A stretch of 64,000 bases of DNA from Oculatellaceae cyanobacterium bins.114. GTDB taxonomy: Bacteria > Cyanobacteriota > Cyanobacteriia > Elainellales > Elainellaceae. The notes under the pieces are model-generated. The model made no database searches and had not been told where the DNA came from. It saw only the letters and a program-made list of their open reading frames with translations. This document shows, piece after piece, positions 60,412 to 64,000 of the stretch. Position 1 is the stretch's first letter. The number at the start of each line of letters is the position of its first letter. The stretch covers positions 15,243 to 79,242 of the forward strand of contig JANRJA010000187.1 of NCBI GenBank assembly GCA_033764315.1. The letters are read 5' to 3'. The position numbers and the translations under genes are program-made.

Positions 60412-61803
60412 ATGGTCAAACTGACACCCAACCCCAGTTTTAGCCTTACAATTCGGGTCAAACTTCCTAACCAAGCAGGCATGCTGGCGTATGTAACGCA
60501 GGCGATCGCGGCGGCTGGGGGCAATATCGGTCAGATTGACCTGATTGAGCGCGAGTTAAAGATTTTGGTGCGCGACATCACTGTCGATGCCTTTAGCGCA
60601 GAACATGCCGAGATGATTGTCTCAACGGTGAAGGCATTAGACGATATCAAAGTGCTCAGTGTGTACGATCGCACTTTTAACCTGCACCGGGGTGGCAAGA
60701 TCAAGGTGCAAAGCAAGATTCCTCTCAAGAACCAGGGTGATTTAGCAATGGCTTACACCCCTGGGGTGGGGCGCATTTGTACGGCGATTGCTGAAGACCC
60801 GTCACAGGTTTATTCTCTGACGATTAAGAGCAACACCGTGGCGATCGTCACCGATGGCAGTGCAGTTTTAGGGCTGGGCAATTTGGGGCCTGAAGCAGCA
60901 TTACCTGTCATGGAAGGTAAAGCCATGCTGTTTAAAGAGTTCGCTGGCATTGATGCCTTTCCGATCTGTCTGGCAACGCAGGACACGGATGCCATTGTGG
61001 AAACTGTCAAAAACATCGCGCCTGTGTTTGGGGGTGTCAACCTTGAAGACATCAGTGCCCCTCGGTGTTTTGAAATTGAAGCTCGGCTACAACGAGAGTT
61101 AAAGATTCCGATCTTTCATGATGACCAACACGGCACAGCGATTGTCAGTCTAGCGGCTCTGTTCAACGCGCTCAAGCTGGTTCGCAAATCGATGGATCAG
61201 GTCAAGATTGTCATCAATGGAGCAGGTGCGGCAGGTGTGGCGATCGCTCGTCTCTTGCAAAAGGCAGGTGCCGAAATCATCTATATGTGTGATTCTAAAG
61301 GCATTCTCAGTTACAGTCGCTCAGATCTCAATCCTCAAAAGCGAGAGTTTGCCGTAGAAGAGAGTGGGTCTTTAGCCGATGCAATGGTGGGTGCTGATGT
61401 ATTTTTGGGCGTCAGTGCTCCTGGTGTGGTGACTCCCGAAATGGTGCGATCGATGGCAAAAGACCCGATTGTATTTGCGATGGCAAATCCGATCCCCGAA
61501 ATTCAACCGGAACTAATCATGGACGATGTCGCCGTTATTGCCACAGGGCGGAGCGACTATCCCAACCAGATCAACAACGTGCTTGCCTTTCCAGGCATCT
61601 TTCGCGGAGCCCTCGATTGCCGTGCGGTAACGATGACAACCTCAATGTATTTGGAAGCAGCTGGAGCGATCGCCTCTCTGATCAAACCCTCTGACCTTGA
61701 CCCAGAACACATCATTCCTTCAGCGTTTGATGAACGGGTCTCAACAGCCGTCGCAGCAGCCGTGCAACGAGCCGCCCGACAAGATGGAGTGGCAGAGCAT
61801 TAA
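60412..61803 (+). CDS. NAD(P)-dependent malic enzyme with N-terminal ACT domain
   Basis: AYTPGV, DGSAVLGLGNLG, VMEGKA, NLEDISAP, FHDDQHGTA, GAGAAG, TGRSDYPNQINN; ATG 60412 after AAGGAG. Confidence 0.93.
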   Translation: MVKLTPNPSFSLTIRVKLPNQAGMLAYVTQAIAAAGGNIGQIDLIERELKILVRDITVDAFSAEHAEMIVSTVKALDDIKVLSVYDRTFNLHRGGKIKVQSKIPLKNQGDLAMAYTPGVGRICTAIAEDPSQVYSLTIKSNTVAIVTDGSAVLGLGNLGPEAALPVMEGKAMLFKEFAGIDAFPICLATQDTDAIVETVKNIAPVFGGVNLEDISAPRCFEIEARLQRELKIPIFHDDQHGTAIVSLAALFNALKLVRKSMDQVKIVINGAGAAGVAIARLLQKAGAEIIYMCDSKGILSYSRSDLNPQKREFAVEESGSLADAMVGADVFLGVSAPGVVTPEMVRSMAKDPIVFAMANPIPEIQPELIMDDVAVIATGRSDYPNQINNVLAFPGIFRGALDCRAVTMTTSMYLEAAGAIASLIKPSDLDPEHIIPSAFDERVSTAVAAAVQRAARQDGVAEH

Positions 61804-61859
61804 GGAAAAAAGAAGGGAGAAGAGAGAAAAAAGAAGAGGAAACGGGTAACAGGAAATGC

Positions 61860-61990
61860 GTAGGGGCGCAGCATTCGGTAGGGGCGCATTTGTGAAACCG
61901 TTAGTTGCGACCCAAATGCTACGCCCTAACCTAAGATCGATAGACAGGCATTTGTGAACTTGTTAGCAAAAAAGCGAATGCTACGTCCTG
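61860..61990. repeat. GTAG-type REP-like cluster
   Basis: GTAGGGGCGCA twice, GCATTTGTGAA twice, AATGCTACG(C/T)CCT twice, forming imperfect hairpins. Confidence 0.6.
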
Positions 61991-62012
61991 AGTCGAAATT
62001 AGGCTAACCGAG

Positions 62013-63284
62013 ATGAAAGGTCGATGGCGACGATGGTTGATATTGATGGTGGCAGTGGCGATCGCCATTGTTGCCTGTCAAAGCCCAATTTCCACGGGTC
62101 AAGGGTCTGCTGATCCGGTCGTTCTCAAACTCAGCGGGTGGGGAGCCAGTCCAGCCGAGCAAACCCTGCTCAATCGGGTTTTGCGAGATTTTGAGGCAGA
62201 GCATCCCCACATCCGGGTACGATTTGAGCAAATTGCCGACCAATATATGGACGTGCTCAAAACTCGGTTGATTGGCGATGCCGCTCCCGATGTGTTTTAC
62301 CTGGATGCGCTAGAAGCCCCATTTCTGATGAGTCAGGGTGTTTTAGAGCCACTGGACAGTTACATCACCCCCAATTTTGACCTGGCAGATTTTGAGGAAA
62401 CTCTGCTGCAACCCTTTACTTATGAGGGGCAAATTTATGGCTTGCCCAAAGACTACTCAACGCTGGCTCTGTTTTACAATACAGATGCTTTCGCTGAAGC
62501 AGGATTGACTCATCCTCCTAAAACCTGGGAGGAACTGCGGGCTTACTCCAAGGCACTCACACGCGATCGCAATCAGGATGGCAGACCTGACCAGTATGGC
62601 TTTGGGGTCATTCCTGAACTGGCACGTCAAGTTTTTGCCATTCAAGCCTTTGGGGGGCAGTTGGTCGATCAGCGGGGATATGCTGCTTTTGCCACACCAG
62701 AGGGCATTGCCGGACTGCAACTGGTCGTGGATCAATATCGGGGCGATCGCACCTCGGCTCAAAAAACAGACGTGGGCACCAACTCTGGCAGCGAAATGTT
62801 TGGGCAACAAAAAGTAGCAATGGTGCTTGAAGGCAATTGGGCGATCCCTTATCTGACAGAGACCTTCCCCGATCTAAAGTTTGCTACGGCTGAGATTCCC
62901 ACGATGAACGATCAACTTGGAACAATGGTGTTTACCGTTGCCTACGTGATGAGCCAGCAGACCGAACATAAAGCAGAAGCGTGGGAACTGATTTCTTACT
63001 TAACGGGCAAACAGGGCATGGCGAAATGGACAGAAACGGGGTTTGCTCTCCCCTCCCGCAAATCAGTTGCTCAAGCTCTAAAGTACGATCGCGATCGCCT
63101 CAGAGCTGCACTGGTAGCAGGGGTTCCCTACGCCATTCCCTGGCAAGCCGGATTGTATCCCGCCAGCATCATGAACAATTTTGATAACCAATTCATCAGT
63201 GCCCTGTTGGGTCAACAACCGTTAGACCAAGCCATGCGGCGAGCACAAGAGAGTGCAAATGGGCAGATTCGGGCAAGTGAGTGA
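62013..63284 (+). CDS. Sugar ABC transporter substrate-binding lipoprotein
   Basis: Lipobox IVAC, APDVFY, YGLPKD..LFYN, PPKTWEEL, AMVLEGNW. Confidence 0.9.
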   Translation: MKGRWRRWLILMVAVAIAIVACQSPISTGQGSADPVVLKLSGWGASPAEQTLLNRVLRDFEAEHPHIRVRFEQIADQYMDVLKTRLIGDAAPDVFYLDALEAPFLMSQGVLEPLDSYITPNFDLADFEETLLQPFTYEGQIYGLPKDYSTLALFYNTDAFAEAGLTHPPKTWEELRAYSKALTRDRNQDGRPDQYGFGVIPELARQVFAIQAFGGQLVDQRGYAAFATPEGIAGLQLVVDQYRGDRTSAQKTDVGTNSGSEMFGQQKVAMVLEGNWAIPYLTETFPDLKFATAEIPTMNDQLGTMVFTVAYVMSQQTEHKAEAWELISYLTGKQGMAKWTETGFALPSRKSVAQALKYDRDRLRAALVAGVPYAIPWQAGLYPASIMNNFDNQFISALLGQQPLDQAMRRAQESANGQIRASE

Positions 63285-63307
63285 AGAAAAAAAGAAGAGA
63301 GAAAAAA

Positions 63308-63388
63308 GGTAGTCCTAAACAAGTAAGGATATGCCGCGCGAGGCGCGGCATATCCTTACTCAAAAATCATTACTTTTAGAGGACTACC
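63308..63388. mobile_element. 81-bp MITE-like element (family B-like layout)
   Basis: TIRs GGTAGTCCT / AGGACTACC; perfect 18-bp stem with GAG loop at 63322-63360. Confidence 0.65.
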
Positions 63389-63430
63389 AGAAAAAGATAG
63401 AGGATAAACAGGTTGAGACAGAGAAGTGCA

Positions 63431-63763
63431 TTACGATAAAGCAAGCAGCGATCAATTCTCATCTTCATAAAACAATTTGATCGCGTCAAAATTCTGACGC
63501 AACAAGTTTTCAACTTATGATGTCGAACAGTTTCCAAGGCGAAGCTAAATAACTTTTAGTGAATTTCCGAATACTAAGCTCAGGTCATCCATATCAGCAT
63601 CTTTCGAGACAATCATCAAATCATTGTCTTTTGCATAATCCTAAACAATTGGAGCGATCGCTGCTTTCATTCCTACATCTCGGACGTGAAGTGAGTTTGG
63701 GAAAAGATCACTTAAACAATTTGGCAACTTGAACGACAAGTTTTCACCAAAAAGTAATTTCAT
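63431..63763 (-). pseudogene. DUF5615 (PIN-like) toxin pseudogene
   Basis: MKLLFGENLS..SLHVRDVGM..IV*DYAK..IVSKDADM..KVI*LRLGNCSTS*VE..DEN*SLLALS: four in-frame stops, no frameshift. Confidence 0.85.
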
Positions 63764-63942
63764 GCAGATAATCGAGCAGCCATAAATCGCCGTTCACGAT
63801 CTGCAGCATAAGCAATGCAAGCCTTTAAATCTTCTCGCGTCAGATCAGGAAAATCGTCGAGGATTTCTGCTTCGGTCATCTCGGAAGCGAGGTATTCAAG
63901 CACTTCATAAACCGTAATTCGCAAGCCACGAACACAAGGCTT
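63760..63942 (-). pseudogene. DUF433 antitoxin, 5'-truncated
   Basis: KPCVRGLRITVYEVLEYLASEMTEAEILDDFPDLTREDLKACIAYAADRERR; ATGA overlap with the toxin start; N-terminus replaced by foreign sequence with an in-frame stop. Confidence 0.85.
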
Positions 63943-64000
63943 ATACCAATATTTTATGAAGCTGCGCCAAAAAGAGCTTCTAGGATGAAGTCATAGGAGG
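63942..64000. mobile_element. End of an IS/MITE (family C-type terminus) running off the window
   Basis: TATACCAATATTTTATGAAGCTGCG resembles the TIRs at 22562/22663 and begins where DUF433 similarity stops. Confidence 0.55.

Overview
A gene-dense 64-kb window of a cyanobacterial chromosome. The HIP1 octamer GCGATCGC is abundant, and the photosystem genes, purD-nblS synteny and heptamer tandem repeats suggest a filamentous Leptolyngbya/Oculatella-like strain (inference). It is mostly core genome: psaI-psaL, rubA-ycf48-psbEFLJ, lspA/bioY, acnB, gmd-fcl, nblS, purD, sqdB-sqdX, cyaB2, msrA, recQ, malic enzyme, a sugar ABC binding protein and a CMD/AhpD + ArsS radical-SAM pair. Four small photosystem genes (psaI, psbF, psbL, psbJ) are missing from the ORF track and were translated by hand. 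No CRISPR array, rRNA, tRNA or intact transposase was seen. The most unusual signals are: (i) five CRP-box-like motifs spaced 22-23 bp apart between a degenerate CRP-like gene and a divergent 72-aa gene; (ii) three copies of a 163-bp hairpin-rich MITE with TA-N2/3-TA target duplications, plus two other MITE families; (iii) a decayed DUF433/DUF5615 toxin-antitoxin pair at the right edge; (iv) an apparently inactive Afp15-like AAA protein and an orphan Nif11-like protein. All calls come from reading the sequence; no database searches were run.
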